Source: Gemmatimonadota bacterium (GTDB lineage Bacteria > Gemmatimonadota > Gemmatimonadetes > Longimicrobiales > RSA9). From it: a DNA stretch of 64,000 bases. Each line of letters opens with the position of its first letter. The stretch's first letter is position 1. A program made the position numbers and the translations under genes. The notes below the pieces were generated by a model. That model ran no database searches, was not told the DNA's origin, and saw only the letters and a list, made by a program, of their open reading frames with translations. The stretch is from the NCBI GenBank assembly GCA_039715185.1, contig JBDLIA010000005.1, positions 6,587 through 70,586 on the forward strand. The letters run 5' to 3'. Shown in pieces: positions 35,463-45,723 of this stretch.

Positions 35463-36592
35463 TCGCCGCTTACGAGACGGCCGTACCAGGGGAACCCCCC
35501 GGAGCGCCAACCGGTCACGAACGCCTCCAGGGGCTGAGCGAGCTGGGTGCTGGCGTAGCCCGCCACCGACTCGGGGTGCGGTCTACCCCGATGGAAGTAG
35601 CTTCGTACGAGCACGCCGTCCGGCGCCGCCGGCAGCCCCGCCACGGACGCGGCGTAGCGGTCGAAGGTGCCCTGCTCGTACAGGTAGAACTCCACGTTGG
35701 AGGTATAGAAGGCTCCAACTTCAAGGCCCCGGCGGCGCAGCTCGCGGCCTATCTCCGGGAGCGCGTGCGGGCCCGAGAAATCGCCCACCGCGGGCACGAT
35801 GCCGTCCCGCTCCTGGAGCGCCCTGACGAAGTGAAAGTCGGCGTCCGTCGCCAGGTAACTCGCGGGCTCGTCGCGTTCGTCGCGCTCCAGCAGGAGCTCA
35901 CCGTACGTCGGGTAGTACCAGCGGGGAGCTCGTCCGTGGGACCGGAAGCGAAGCTCCGGGCCGGCCTCGATGAAGGCGCGGTGGAAGCCCCGGATCGTGG
36001 CGATGTCCTCCTGAGAGAGCTCCACCCCGAAGTCCACGATCCGCCTCTCCAGAGGCTCGGGCAGCGCCGCGCCCTCGACGGCCGGCGCGGCCCGAGCCCA
36101 TTCCAGCATCGCCCCGAGGTCCGCGCCGGCCGCGCGCAACGGCGCGGGCGGCGGGGGGCGCCCGAACAGCGCCGCGAGGTAACTCGCCCGGTCGGGCGAC
36201 GACTCCAGCAGCGCCTTGAGCAACAGATGGTGCAGCAGATTGTCCCGGCGGATGTCCAGGATGACGGCGAACTCCGGCCGGAGCGCCGCGATATAGGAGA
36301 AGTTCTGATCCGGGCCGACGCCGATGTAGGCAAGCCCGGGTCGGCGCAACGCTCGGAGGCGCGCCGCTACGTGCAGGTATGACGCCTCGTTGGAAATGAG
36401 GTTGTCGGTGTCGAAGTAGGCGCCTGCCCCGCTCAGGCGCCGAACGAGGGCCGCGAAAGTCGTATCGGCCGGGACTTCGCGGAGGGCCGGGCTCGACCCC
36501 GCCGGAGCCCCGGCGCTCGGCCCGAACGCGGCGACGGCCGCGACCCCGAAGGTCACCGCCGTCAAGCCGATCAGCGCGAGTCGGCGGCCCAC
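35459..36592 (-). CDS. conserved hypothetical secreted protein
   Basis: GTG start and a signal peptide (GRRLALIGLTAVTFGVAAVAAFG). Globular sequence (YIGVGPDQNFSYIAALRPEFAVILDIRRDNLLHHLLLKAL). No family name I can assign. Confidence 0.65.
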   Translation of the reverse strand: MGRRLALIGLTAVTFGVAAVAAFGPSAGAPAGSSPALREVPADTTFAALVRRLSGAGAYFDTDNLISNEASYLHVAARLRALRRPGLAYIGVGPDQNFSYIAALRPEFAVILDIRRDNLLHHLLLKALLESSPDRASYLAALFGRPPPPAPLRAAGADLGAMLEWARAAPAVEGAALPEPLERRIVDFGVELSQEDIATIRGFHRAFIEAGPELRFRSHGRAPRWYYPTYGELLLERDERDEPASYLATDADFHFVRALQERDGIVPAVGDFSGPHALPEIGRELRRRGLEVGAFYTSNVEFYLYEQGTFDRYAASVAGLPAAPDGVLVRSYFHRGRPHPESVAGYASTQLAQPLEAFVTGWRSGGFPWYGRLVSGE

Positions 36593-36599
36593 GGGCTTA

Positions 36600-38195
36600 C
36601 TAGAGGGAAGCCCCTGAGGGGCTCGGGCGGGAAGGCGTGGCCGCTCCGAAAAGGGCGCGCACGGCGGTGCGGTCCACCTTGCCGCTGGCGTTACGCGGGA
36701 GCTCGGCCACCAGGCGTACGAGGCGGGGCTTCATGGGACTCGACAGAGTCTCGTTCCAGCGCTCAATCAGTTCTTCCGGCTCGGGCGAGGGCGCGGGTCC
36801 CCGCGGCACCACGGCTGCGGCGACGAGCTGCCCCCACTCCTCATCGGGCACGCCCACCACGACGACCTCTTCCACCGCGGGATCCAGGGCGAGCCGCGCG
36901 GCCACCTCCGCTGGATCGACGTTGACCCCGCCCGTGACGATGCGGTCCGACAGCCGCCCCATCACCCACAGGTGACCGTCGCCGTCCACGTGACCCACGT
37001 CGCCGGTGGCCAGCCAGCCGCGACCATCGGCCATGGGGGCGTCGCCGGCGGCGTAACCGGCGGACACCGAGGGGCCACGCACGAGGATCTCGCCTGACGC
37101 CTCGTCGATGCGGACGTCGACCCCCTTCAGCGGCCAGCCCACCGTGCCCGGCTTCTCGCGCACGAGCGCCGGGGGGGCCGTGCACACCTGGGAAGCCGCC
37201 TCCGTCAAGCCGTACGTGAGCGCGATGGGATAGCGCAGGTCCAACGCCCTCTCCAGCAGCGCCCGCGGCACGGCGTCGCCGCCGACCAGCAGGCATCGGC
37301 AGTGCGGCGGCGCCAGCTGGTCGCCCCGCTCCCGCAACAAGCGGTGCAACATCGTGGGTACGAGGGAGGCGCTGGTCACCTCTCCGGCGTCCAGCAGCGC
37401 GGCGGCCTCGGTCGCGTCGAAGCGCTCCCGACTGACCAGCCTGAAACCGACCACCGCGGCGCGCACGAGCAACGCGAGCCCCCCCACGTGCGCCGGGTCC
37501 AGCGCAGCGAGCCAACGGTCGTCCGGAGCCAGGTCGAGGCGCAGCGCGCTACCTCCGGCGACCGCCATGAGGTTCGCGTGGGAGAGGCGAACGGCGCGCG
37601 GCCCGGCTCGGGTCCCGGACGTCCACAGCAGGAAGGCGTCGGCTTCGGGGCCCAGCGGAAGCCGGCCGGAGGCATCGGCGGGCGGGTAGACGCCGGCGTA
37701 GTGCGCCGCCTCGCGGGCGGTGTCGAGGGCGCGTCGTATCTCGGGGTCGCTCGGTCCCACGTCGGCCGGCTCGCAACGCGCGGGCACCGGCGGCATGGGC
37801 CCGCCGGCGACCAGCCGCTCGAGGTCCAGCACCGGGGCGCCCTGTGCGATGGCCCGGGCCATGTCTGCGGTCGTCGAGTCGTGTAGGATCGCGCACGGCT
37901 CCAGCGCGCCGACCGCGTCCACGAGCTCGGCCGGAGACCTGCGCCTGTGCAGGGGCGCGAGCCGGAGCCCGGCTCGGCCGGCGGCGAACACCAGCGCCGC
38001 CATCGCGGGGCCCATGGGCAGGACCGTCGCGACGGGCCCCGTGAGTCCCGCGGACCGGAGCAGGGCCGCGAGCCGATCGGCCACGGTGTCGGTGGCGCCG
38101 AACGTAGCCGGCCCCTTCTCGCTCTGGAGAAAGACTGCGTCAGGGGTTGCGCGCGCGCGCACTCGGAGCGCGTCGTCGAAGCGGCGCGCGCTCAC
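36600..38195 (-). CDS. menE: AMP-dependent synthetase/ligase, o-succinylbenzoate-CoA ligase-like
   Basis: ANL-superfamily motifs (LLWTSGTRAGPRAV; GYGLTE-like LTYGLTEA; WLATGDVG; the C-terminal Lys region NASGKVDR). GTGA overlap with menA. The assignment to MenE rests on context. Confidence 0.8.
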   Translation of the reverse strand: MSARRFDDALRVRARATPDAVFLQSEKGPATFGATDTVADRLAALLRSAGLTGPVATVLPMGPAMAALVFAAGRAGLRLAPLHRRRSPAELVDAVGALEPCAILHDSTTADMARAIAQGAPVLDLERLVAGGPMPPVPARCEPADVGPSDPEIRRALDTAREAAHYAGVYPPADASGRLPLGPEADAFLLWTSGTRAGPRAVRLSHANLMAVAGGSALRLDLAPDDRWLAALDPAHVGGLALLVRAAVVGFRLVSRERFDATEAAALLDAGEVTSASLVPTMLHRLLRERGDQLAPPHCRCLLVGGDAVPRALLERALDLRYPIALTYGLTEAASQVCTAPPALVREKPGTVGWPLKGVDVRIDEASGEILVRGPSVSAGYAAGDAPMADGRGWLATGDVGHVDGDGHLWVMGRLSDRIVTGGVNVDPAEVAARLALDPAVEEVVVVGVPDEEWGQLVAAAVVPRGPAPSPEPEELIERWNETLSSPMKPRLVRLVAELPRNASGKVDRTAVRALFGAATPSRPSPSGASL

Positions 38196-39091
38196 GCGAC
38201 CAGGCCCAGCGTGAACAGGATTCCAAACAACGCGACGAGCCTGGCGGTGGATCCGAGCGCGCGATTGAGGCGCGCCGGGTCGCGCCGGGCCATTACGGCG
38301 CGCACAGGCCCCAGCGCCAGCGGCGCCGTCGCCAGCGCGAAGAGCGTCGTAGAGGGCCAGCCGTACTCGACGACGCCCACGAGCGGGATCGCGAAGGCGA
38401 CAGCGACCAGCAGAGCGAACTCGGCCCTCGTGCCGACCTCGCCCAGCAGCACGGCGAGCGTACGCTTGCCGGCCGCGGCGTCGGTGTCCATGTCGCGCAG
38501 GTTGTTCACTACCAGAATCGCCGTGATCAGCGCACCCATTGCGGCACCGGCGAGCAGCGCGTCCGGAGCCAGCGTGAGGGCTTGAACGTAGTACGTCCCC
38601 CCGACCGCGACGAGCCCGAAGAATACGAACACGAAAGGGTCCCCCAGCCCCACGTAGCCGATAGGTACCGGACCGCCTGTATACAGCACGCCCGCCGCGA
38701 TCGACGCGAGCCCGATCACCACGACCGGCCAGCCTGCCACCGCGGTCAGATAGACGCCGCAGGCGGTCGCGCCGAGGAAGGCGCCCGCGCTGCCCGCGGC
38801 CACCGCGCGGGAGCCCAGCAGACCCGCGTGAACGGCGCGGACGGGGCCCACGCGCGCGTCGGTGTCCGCCCCTTTGTGGAAATCGAAATAGTCGTTGGCG
38901 AAGTTGGTGCCGACCTGGATCAGCAGCGCCCCCGCCATCGCGGCGAGGGCCGGGCCGCGCGCGAGCGCGCCGTGCGAGGCCGCGAGTCCGGTGCCGACCA
39001 GCACCGGTGCGACCGCGGCCGGCAGCGTCCTGGGGCGGGCCGCGAGGATCCAGGCGCCGGCCGAGTCAGCCGCCGGCGGAGAACGGCTCAC
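38192..39091 (-). CDS. menA: 1,4-dihydroxy-2-naphthoate polyprenyltransferase (UbiA family)
   Basis: Polytopic membrane protein with [15 protein letters not shown] and the [11 protein letters not shown] Asp-rich motif. GTGA overlap with menB. Confidence 0.9.
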   Translation of the reverse strand: MSRSPPAADSAGAWILAARPRTLPAAVAPVLVGTGLAASHGALARGPALAAMAGALLIQVGTNFANDYFDFHKGADTDARVGPVRAVHAGLLGSRAVAAGSAGAFLGATACGVYLTAVAGWPVVVIGLASIAAGVLYTGGPVPIGYVGLGDPFVFVFFGLVAVGGTYYVQALTLAPDALLAGAAMGALITAILVVNNLRDMDTDAAAGKRTLAVLLGEVGTRAEFALLVAVAFAIPLVGVVEYGWPSTTLFALATAPLALGPVRAVMARRDPARLNRALGSTARLVALFGILFTLGLVA

Positions 39092-39921
39092 GGCAGCCAG
39101 GGATACTGCTGGAAGTCGGGCGGGCGGCGGTCATTGTAAGCGTTGCGACCTTCCTGGCCCTGCTCGGTCATGTAGAACAGGAGGGTCGCGTTGCCCGCCA
39201 ATTCCTGGAGTCCGGCCTGGCCGTCCACGTCGGCGTTGAAGGCCGACTTCAGGCAGCGGATGGCCAGCGGGCTCTTGGTGAGGATCTCACGCGCCCAATT
39301 CACGCCTTCCTGCTCCAACTCCGCCAGCGGCACTACCGCGTTCACGAGCCCCATGTCCAGCGCCTCCTGCGCGGAGTACTGACGACACAGGTACCAGATC
39401 TCGCGGGCCTTCTTCTGGCCGACCATGCGCGCGAGGTACGACGCGCCGAAACCGCCGTCGAAGCTGCCGACGATGGGCCCGGTCTGCCCGAAGACCGCTC
39501 CCTCGGCGGCGAGCGTCATGTCACACACGACGTGCAGCACGTGGCCGCCACCGATAGCGAATCCGGGAACGAGCGCGATTACCGGCTTGGGCATGGTGCG
39601 GATGACGCGCTGCAGCTCAAGCACGTTCAGCCGGGGCACGCCGTCGGAGCCTACGTAGCCGGCGTCCCCGCGTACGCGCTGATCACCCCCGCTACAGAAA
39701 GCCCACTTGCCGTCCTTGGGCGACGGTCCCTCCCCGGACAGCAGCACGACGCCGATGTCCGTGTCGTCCCACGCGTCGCGGAAGGCGTCGATCATCTCGT
39801 GAATCGTCTCCGGCCGAAAGGCGTTGCGCACCTCTGGTCGGTTGAAGGCGACGCGCGCGATTCCCTGGCCCTTGCGATAGGTGATGTCCTGGTATTCCTT
39901 GGCTGTCTTCAGAGAATCCAT
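39088..39921 (-). CDS. menB: 1,4-dihydroxy-2-naphthoyl-CoA synthase
   Basis: 277 aa crotonase fold with MenB-specific sequence: [28 protein letters not shown]...[11 protein letters not shown]...[11 protein letters not shown]...[10 protein letters not shown]. Confidence 0.96.
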   Translation of the reverse strand: MDSLKTAKEYQDITYRKGQGIARVAFNRPEVRNAFRPETIHEMIDAFRDAWDDTDIGVVLLSGEGPSPKDGKWAFCSGGDQRVRGDAGYVGSDGVPRLNVLELQRVIRTMPKPVIALVPGFAIGGGHVLHVVCDMTLAAEGAVFGQTGPIVGSFDGGFGASYLARMVGQKKAREIWYLCRQYSAQEALDMGLVNAVVPLAELEQEGVNWAREILTKSPLAIRCLKSAFNADVDGQAGLQELAGNATLLFYMTEQGQEGRNAYNDRRPPDFQQYPWLP

Positions 39922-40024
39922 CGTTCTTCAGCGCGGTGTTCTGCGGGCCCGCGGCCGGGCTGTCGGAGCGCGGCGGCGGGCGATGACCCTGACGCCCGAT
40001 CCTACGCCCACGAGCTTCCCGCCG

Positions 40025-41809
40025 CTACGTCGTGGGCATGGCGGACGTAACGGCGTCCACGATGCGCCTGGTAACCGCCTCGCGCGCGGTCCGGTTGGAC
40101 TCCCGCTCGGTCCGTATCTCCAAGAGCGCGCTCCGCTCCGCGGCCACCGCCGCCGCCAGCCGTTCGGGGAGCGCGCCGAGGTTCGGCGCTTCCGAGTGGT
40201 CGAGTCCGTGAAAAGACGCCAGCAGCGACAGGTCGCGCCCGTGCGGGGTCGCGAAGTGCTCGGTGAATTCAGGCTCGAACTCGCGTATCGAGAGGAACTG
40301 GAAGATGCCGCCGCCGTCGTTGTTGACGACGACGAACACGCAGCGCGGTGCCGCGCCGGCCAGCGCGAGGCCGTTGGCATCGTGGAGCAGCGCCAGGTCG
40401 CCGATGAGCGCTATCACCGGACCCGCGGCGGGCGCTCCCGCCGACACCCCCAGCGCGGAGCTGACGACGCCATCGATGCCGCTCGCGCCGCGGTTGCCGA
40501 GGACCCGGAGCGCGGCGTCCCTGGGTGCCGCGAAAGCGTCGAGGTCGCGCACCGGCATGCTGCTGGACACGAACAGGGTGGCTCCGGCCGGCGCCGCCGC
40601 CGCCACCTCTCGCGCCACCGCGCCCTCGAACAGCGTGGCGGTGTCGGCGCTGGCGACGGCTGTGGTGGCGTCCCGCAGGGCTTCCTGCGCGGCCCCCTCC
40701 GCGCGCCGCCACAGGTCGGTCCAGGCCGCGCGCTCCGGGGACCGGCTCCTCTCCCCGGCCTCGCGCAGGGCCCGCAGGGTGCCCGCCTCGTCGGCGCGAA
40801 CGTAGCTGGCGGCCAGCGCCTGATGGTCCTTCCACCGTCCGCCGCCGTCGACCACGATCTGTGGCGCCTCGCCCGCCTCCTCCAGGAGCGCCTGGACCGA
40901 GACCGACGTGGGCGTGGAGCCCACCCGCAGCACGACATCGGGAGCGAGTGCGCGGCGCACCGCGGGGTCGCTCAGAAAGCGGTCCGCGGCGCCGGCCGTG
41001 ACCTCCGTCGCGCCGGGTCCGAAGCGCGCGCCCGACAAGGGATCGGCGAGCACCGGTGTGCCCGTCTCTCGCGCCAGCGCCAGGGCTTGCGCCCCGACCG
41101 AGGCGGAATCCGGCACGGCACCGCACACCAGCAGCGGTCGCTGGGCGGCCGCCAGCGTCCGCGCGACGTCCTCCACGGCGGCGGCAGGTGGCCCCGCGAC
41201 CCCGACGTGGTGGCGCGGGACGCGCGCTGCCTCGAAAGGGGCGGCCACAGCCGTCACGGCGGCCTGGCGCTCCGGCTCGAGGGGCTTGGCGAACGGCACG
41301 TTCAGGTGCGCGGGGCCAGCCGGCCGGCCTCGCGCGGCCGCCACCGCGCGCGCGACCTTGGCCGCGAGCACGCGCAGGGCCGCGGGGTCTTCGCTGGGCT
41401 CGCCGACGTCGATGGCGAACCTCGCGTACGCCCCGAAGATGCCCGCCTGGCCGATGGTCTGATTGGCGTCCGCGTCGCGCAGCCGGGCCGGGCGATCCGC
41501 CGTCAGAAGCAGGAGCGGGGCCTCGGATTGCGCGGCCTCGACCACGGCCGGAAACAAATTCGCCACCGCCGTGCCGGAGGTAGTGACCACCACCGCCGGC
41601 CCGCCACCCACGCGGCCCGCGCCGAGCGCGAAGTAGGCAGCCGAGCGCTCGTCCAGGCAGCTCACGAGGCGCAGATCGGGGACGCCGGCGAGCGCGAGCA
41701 CGAGTGGCGTGGAGCGGGACCCCGGGGACACGCACGCCAGACGCACGCCGCTGCGGGCGAGAGCCAGGGCTACGGTGCGGCCCCAGAGCTCGTTGGCGAG
41801 GCGACTCAC
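40025..41809 (-). CDS. menD: 2-succinyl-5-enolpyruvyl-6-hydroxy-3-cyclohexene-1-carboxylate (SEPHCHC) synthase
   Basis: ThDP enzyme. N-terminal NELWGRTVALALARSGVRLACVSPGSRSTPL and the ThDP-binding motif IGDLALLHDANGL...VVVNNDGGGIF. Confidence 0.93.
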   Translation of the reverse strand: MSRLANELWGRTVALALARSGVRLACVSPGSRSTPLVLALAGVPDLRLVSCLDERSAAYFALGAGRVGGGPAVVVTTSGTAVANLFPAVVEAAQSEAPLLLLTADRPARLRDADANQTIGQAGIFGAYARFAIDVGEPSEDPAALRVLAAKVARAVAAARGRPAGPAHLNVPFAKPLEPERQAAVTAVAAPFEAARVPRHHVGVAGPPAAAVEDVARTLAAAQRPLLVCGAVPDSASVGAQALALARETGTPVLADPLSGARFGPGATEVTAGAADRFLSDPAVRRALAPDVVLRVGSTPTSVSVQALLEEAGEAPQIVVDGGGRWKDHQALAASYVRADEAGTLRALREAGERSRSPERAAWTDLWRRAEGAAQEALRDATTAVASADTATLFEGAVAREVAAAAPAGATLFVSSSMPVRDLDAFAAPRDAALRVLGNRGASGIDGVVSSALGVSAGAPAAGPVIALIGDLALLHDANGLALAGAAPRCVFVVVNNDGGGIFQFLSIREFEPEFTEHFATPHGRDLSLLASFHGLDHSEAPNLGALPERLAAAVAAERSALLEIRTERESNRTAREAVTRRIVDAVTSAMPTT

Positions 41810-41822
41810 GCGCGCACGCGGC

Positions 41823-43106
41823 TCAACCGCACGCGCGCCGCAGCGCCGCCAGAACCGGCTCCAGCTTCACCGCGGTCTCGGCCCACTCCTTCTCCGGCTC
41901 CGACCCGTGCACTATCCCGGCTCCCGCGAACAACCGCCACCCCACCTCGCGGCTGTAGAGCGCGGACCGCAACGCCGGCGCGAAGCTGGCGTCGCCGCCG
42001 GGCTCGAACCACCCCACCGGCCCGGCGTACCAGCCGCGCCGGAAGCCCTCGGTGCGGCGGATGAAGTCCAGCGCCTCGCCGCGCGGCGCTCCTCCGACCG
42101 CGGGAGTGGGATGCAGGGCCTCCAGGATCCCCAGCGCGTCCACGTCCGCTTCGAGCCGCCCTCGCAGGACGGTTTCAAGGTGCTGGATGCGCGCGAAACG
42201 AATCAGATGGCGGCCCCGCTCTACGTCCAGGTCGCGCACGAGCGGCGCCAGACGCGCCGCGATGTCGCGCACGACGAGCGCCTGCTCGGCGCGGTCCTTG
42301 GCGCTGCCCAGCAAGGCCTCCGCGAGCGCGCGGTCCTCTGCCGGAGTAAACCCGCGGCGCGCCGACCCGGCTACGGCGGTGGTACGCAGCGCGCCGTCCC
42401 GGACGTCCGCCAACGACTCCGGCGCAGCGCCCAGAAAAGCCCTGCCCGGAATGGGTTCGAACAGGAAGACACGGGCGTCGGGCTCGTCCGAACGGAGCCC
42501 GACGGTCACGCCGACGGGATCGGCCATGACCGGCACGTCCATGGCGCGCGCCAGCACCACCTTCTCCAGCCGCCCCGAGCCGATCTCTTCCAGCGCCGCG
42601 CGCACGGTCGCGTTCCAGCCGCCGTGCGGCTCCCGCAGGCCATCCTCGGGAAGGTCAGCGCCGGACCCGGACGACGGCGGGGCGGTCTGCGCCCGTACCG
42701 ACGCCGCCACCTCCTCGAGCAAGGCCCGGGCATCGCCGTTCCCCTGCGCCCGCACTCGCAGCCGCACGCCGTCCGCGTCCCCGCGCGCCTCGACCGCGGG
42801 CAGGACGAAGCGAGCCGCCGGAAAGCCCACCCACCGCGTCACCTCATCGCCAGCGTCGTGGAAGGCGAAACCACCGAAAAACCGTCCGCCGCCGCGCCCC
42901 GCGGCGTGTTCGGCGGCGGCGCGAATCTGGCCGAAGCGCCCCTCGCCGGAGGCGGTCAGGACCGTCGCTTCCCCGAACCAGGCGCACCAGCCGCGGGCGT
43001 CGCTCCAGAGGCCCCGGGGGCGTCCGTCGCCGGCGCGCAGAACCGCGGCGGGGTCGACCCCGTCCAGACGCGCCTCTGCCTCCGCGCGCGACTCCGCGGC
43101 TCCCAC
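41823..43106 (-). CDS. menF: isochorismate synthase
   Basis: Chorismate-binding C-terminal core (LHPTPAVGGAPRGEALDFIRRTEGFRRGWYAGPVGW...LRSAL...AGAGIV). Start set at GTG 43106. The longer track ORF (to 43559) overlaps the upstream amidohydrolase gene. Start is approximate. Confidence 0.85.
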   Translation of the reverse strand: MGAAESRAEAEARLDGVDPAAVLRAGDGRPRGLWSDARGWCAWFGEATVLTASGEGRFGQIRAAAEHAAGRGGGRFFGGFAFHDAGDEVTRWVGFPAARFVLPAVEARGDADGVRLRVRAQGNGDARALLEEVAASVRAQTAPPSSGSGADLPEDGLREPHGGWNATVRAALEEIGSGRLEKVVLARAMDVPVMADPVGVTVGLRSDEPDARVFLFEPIPGRAFLGAAPESLADVRDGALRTTAVAGSARRGFTPAEDRALAEALLGSAKDRAEQALVVRDIAARLAPLVRDLDVERGRHLIRFARIQHLETVLRGRLEADVDALGILEALHPTPAVGGAPRGEALDFIRRTEGFRRGWYAGPVGWFEPGGDASFAPALRSALYSREVGWRLFAGAGIVHGSEPEKEWAETAVKLEPVLAALRRACG

Positions 43107-43249
43107 AGTTCCAGCCGCCAGTGAACTACCTCGTCTCGAAGATGGCCAGGGTACCGGCGAGGACGCCGGCGCGAGTCGGCCCGTCCAGGGCCCGATCGCC
43201 GACCATCCTACCTGCCGGCGCGTGATGGGTCCAGCGGCGCGACGCCGCT

Positions 43250-44938
43250 CTAGCGCGCGAACACCACCTCCCCGCCCACGAGCGTCAAATCGACTCTCGC
43301 GTCGGCGAGCGCGGCCGGATCCATCGCAAAGAGGTCGGCGGACAGCACCACCAGGTCGGCGGCGAAACCCGTCTCTACCCGCCCCAACTCGTCCTCCATG
43401 AAGCTCGCGTAGGCGGCGTCGGCGGTGTACGCGGTCAGCGCCTCCGCGAGGCCGATCTTCTGGCGCGGCACCCAACCGTCCGGGTGGGCGCCGTCCAACG
43501 TCCGCCGCGTGACCGCCGCGTATATCCCCTGCAGCGGGTCTATCGGCGCGACCGTCCAATCGGAGCCGAACGCCAGCCGCGCTCCGCTATCCAGCAGGTC
43601 CCGGAACGGGTAGGTGGTAAGGCTACGGCGCGGACCTATACGCCTCTCGGCCCAACGTCCGTCGTCGATCGCGTGATATGGCTGCACGGATGCGATCACG
43701 CGCTGATCCACGATGCGCCGCAAGGCGGGGGTCGTCAGGTGCTGCGCGTGCTCGATCCTGAAACGCCGATCGCGGGGACCGTTGGCTTCCTCGGCCGCCG
43801 CGAACGTTTCCAGAAGCCAGTCGTTGGCGGCGTCTCCGATCGCGTGCACCAGCAACTGCAGTCCGGCCGAATCGGCGCCCACGATCGCCTCACCCAGGCG
43901 CGCCGTGTCTTCCACCACGAGCCCTCGGTTATCGGGCTCGTCGCTGTACGGTTCGTGGAACCACGCGGTCCCCGACCCCAGGGAGCCGTCGACGAAGCCC
44001 TTGACCGCCCCCCAACGCAGGCGCTCCGTGCCGCGCCCGTCGTGGGTGACGAAGGTGGCGAGACGACCCCAATCCTCGATCTGAACGACCGCGTAGACGC
44101 GCAGCGGGAGCTCGCCCCGGGCCGCCACTCGGCGAAACGTCTGCAGGTCGTCCCACGTGCCCATGTGCGTAACCGCCGTGACGCCGTGCGCCAGCGCGTG
44201 CGCAGCCGCGGCCTCAAGGGCACGGTCCATCGCTTCCGGACCCGGCTCCGGGACGGCCGCCCACAGGAGACTCATCGCCTCGTCCTTGAGCACGCCGGTC
44301 GGGCGCCCGGCCTCGTCCCGCACTATGGTCCCCCCCGGGGGATCCGGCGTATCGACGTCGATCCCCGCGAGCTCGAGCGCGACGGAGTTGGCGAGGCCCA
44401 TGTGCAGGTCGAGACGCTGCACGAACACGGGCGTACCCGGGGTGACGGAGTCGATCCAGGCCCTTTCGGGCAGGCGTCCACCCCACGCCTCGTGGTCCCA
44501 TTGCCCGCCCATGATCCAGTCTTCGGGCGAGCGCCGGGCGCGCGCTCCGATGCGCGCCACGAACTCGTCGGGCGTGCCGGCGTCGCGCAGTTGCACGGCG
44601 GAGAGCTCGAATCCGCCGTCTATGAAGTGCGTGTGTGCATCGATGAAACCCGGGACCACCAGGCGGCCCTCCAGATCGATCCGGCGCGTGGCGGCGCTCG
44701 CCATCTCCAGAATCTCGGCGTCGGATCCGACGGCCGCGATGCGGCCCCCCTCGACCGCGACCGCCGTCGGCCAGCGGCCGGAATTCGCGTCCACCTCCGG
44801 GCCCACCCAAACGCGGCCTCCGGTCAGAACCAGGTCGGCGATCACGGCGCCGTCCTCCTCCGTGGAAACGTCGGTTTCGCATCCGGCGACGGCGGACGCG
44901 CCGATGCCGATCAGGGCGAATACGTAGGCCAGGCGCAT
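43250..44938 (-). CDS. amidohydrolase-3 family metal-dependent hydrolase, lipoprotein
   Basis: Start ATG 44938 gives MRLAYVFALIGIGASAVAGC (lipobox). FIDAHTHF metal motif. Amidohydro_3-type length and C-terminal ADLVVLS...GGEVVF. Confidence 0.85.
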   Translation of the reverse strand: MRLAYVFALIGIGASAVAGCETDVSTEEDGAVIADLVLTGGRVWVGPEVDANSGRWPTAVAVEGGRIAAVGSDAEILEMASAATRRIDLEGRLVVPGFIDAHTHFIDGGFELSAVQLRDAGTPDEFVARIGARARRSPEDWIMGGQWDHEAWGGRLPERAWIDSVTPGTPVFVQRLDLHMGLANSVALELAGIDVDTPDPPGGTIVRDEAGRPTGVLKDEAMSLLWAAVPEPGPEAMDRALEAAAAHALAHGVTAVTHMGTWDDLQTFRRVAARGELPLRVYAVVQIEDWGRLATFVTHDGRGTERLRWGAVKGFVDGSLGSGTAWFHEPYSDEPDNRGLVVEDTARLGEAIVGADSAGLQLLVHAIGDAANDWLLETFAAAEEANGPRDRRFRIEHAQHLTTPALRRIVDQRVIASVQPYHAIDDGRWAERRIGPRRSLTTYPFRDLLDSGARLAFGSDWTVAPIDPLQGIYAAVTRRTLDGAHPDGWVPRQKIGLAEALTAYTADAAYASFMEDELGRVETGFAADLVVLSADLFAMDPAALADARVDLTLVGGEVVFAR

Positions 44939-45056
44939 GGTCGAGCGAAGATGCGCCACCGCGCACACTCCGGAAAGTCCGCCCTCTCCCGCCCGCCGGC
45001 GCAGCGCCATAACTTGCGAGTCGTTTTCCTCCTCATCCGCCGACTGGAGCACCCGC

Positions 45057-45557
45057 ATGTCTCTGTCCGAAGCGATGGCCGCCGAATGGGCCCACGAAAC
45101 TTCCACGACCCGCCGGGCGCTTGAGCGCGTTCCACCCGCGTCCCTGGATTGGCGGCCCCACGAGAAGTCCCGGACCATGGGCGAGCTGGCGAGCCACGTC
45201 GCCAATCTCCCCATGTTGGTCGGCGTGACGCTGCGCGGCGACGGCTTCGATCTGGCGGCCAGGGGCAGTCCGCTGGCGGCCTTCGACTCGGTGGAGGCAA
45301 TGCTGGCCGCGTTCGACGGCCACGTAGCCGAGGCGCTGGCGACGATCCGGGACACGCCGCAGGAGGCGTGGATGGATACGTGGACGCTCCGCTACGGTGA
45401 AAAGGAGGTGTTCTCTGCCCACCGGGTGGCGGCGATGCGCGGCTTCATCATGAACCACGCCATCCACCACCGCGGACAGTTGACGGTCTACCTGCGGCTG
45501 GCGGGTGCTGCGGTGCCGCAGATCTACGGCCCCAGCGCCGACGAGCCGGACTTCTAG
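45057..45557 (+). CDS. DinB-family (DinB_2-like) four-helix-bundle protein
   Basis: 166 aa. HETSTTRRALERVP...DWRPHEKSRTMGELASHV...NHAIHHRGQLTVYLR. The TAG stop is part of the CTAG that begins the downstream palindromic element. Confidence 0.85.
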   Translation: MSLSEAMAAEWAHETSTTRRALERVPPASLDWRPHEKSRTMGELASHVANLPMLVGVTLRGDGFDLAARGSPLAAFDSVEAMLAAFDGHVAEALATIRDTPQEAWMDTWTLRYGEKEVFSAHRVAAMRGFIMNHAIHHRGQLTVYLRLAGAAVPQIYGPSADEPDF

Positions 45558-45723
45558 TGGTGGACGGTAGCAGATGATAGTTAAGCACCGAGAGGGGCGA
45601 GGCGCCCGATCCGGGGAGGCGGGAGGACGAGTAATAGCAGCGCTATTGCGAGGAGTCCCAACGACCCCGGGCGGGATGCATCGCCCCTCGAATGCTAAGT
45701 ACTCACCTGTTACAGTCCACTAG
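45554..45723. repeat. ~170-nt extended imperfect palindrome bounded by CTAG and by inverted copies of the CTAGTGGACTGTAACAG terminus (MITE-like element or structured-RNA candidate)
   Basis: The left end CTAGTGGTGGACGGTAGCAG is a degenerate copy with a TGG insertion. The right end is CTGTTACAGTCCACTAG. Internal pairings are GAGGGGCGA (45592-45600)/TCGCCCCTC (45681-45689) and CCGGGG (45611-45616)/CCCCGG (45665-45670), with an apical AATAGCAGCGCTATT (45633-45647). Confidence 0.8.
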
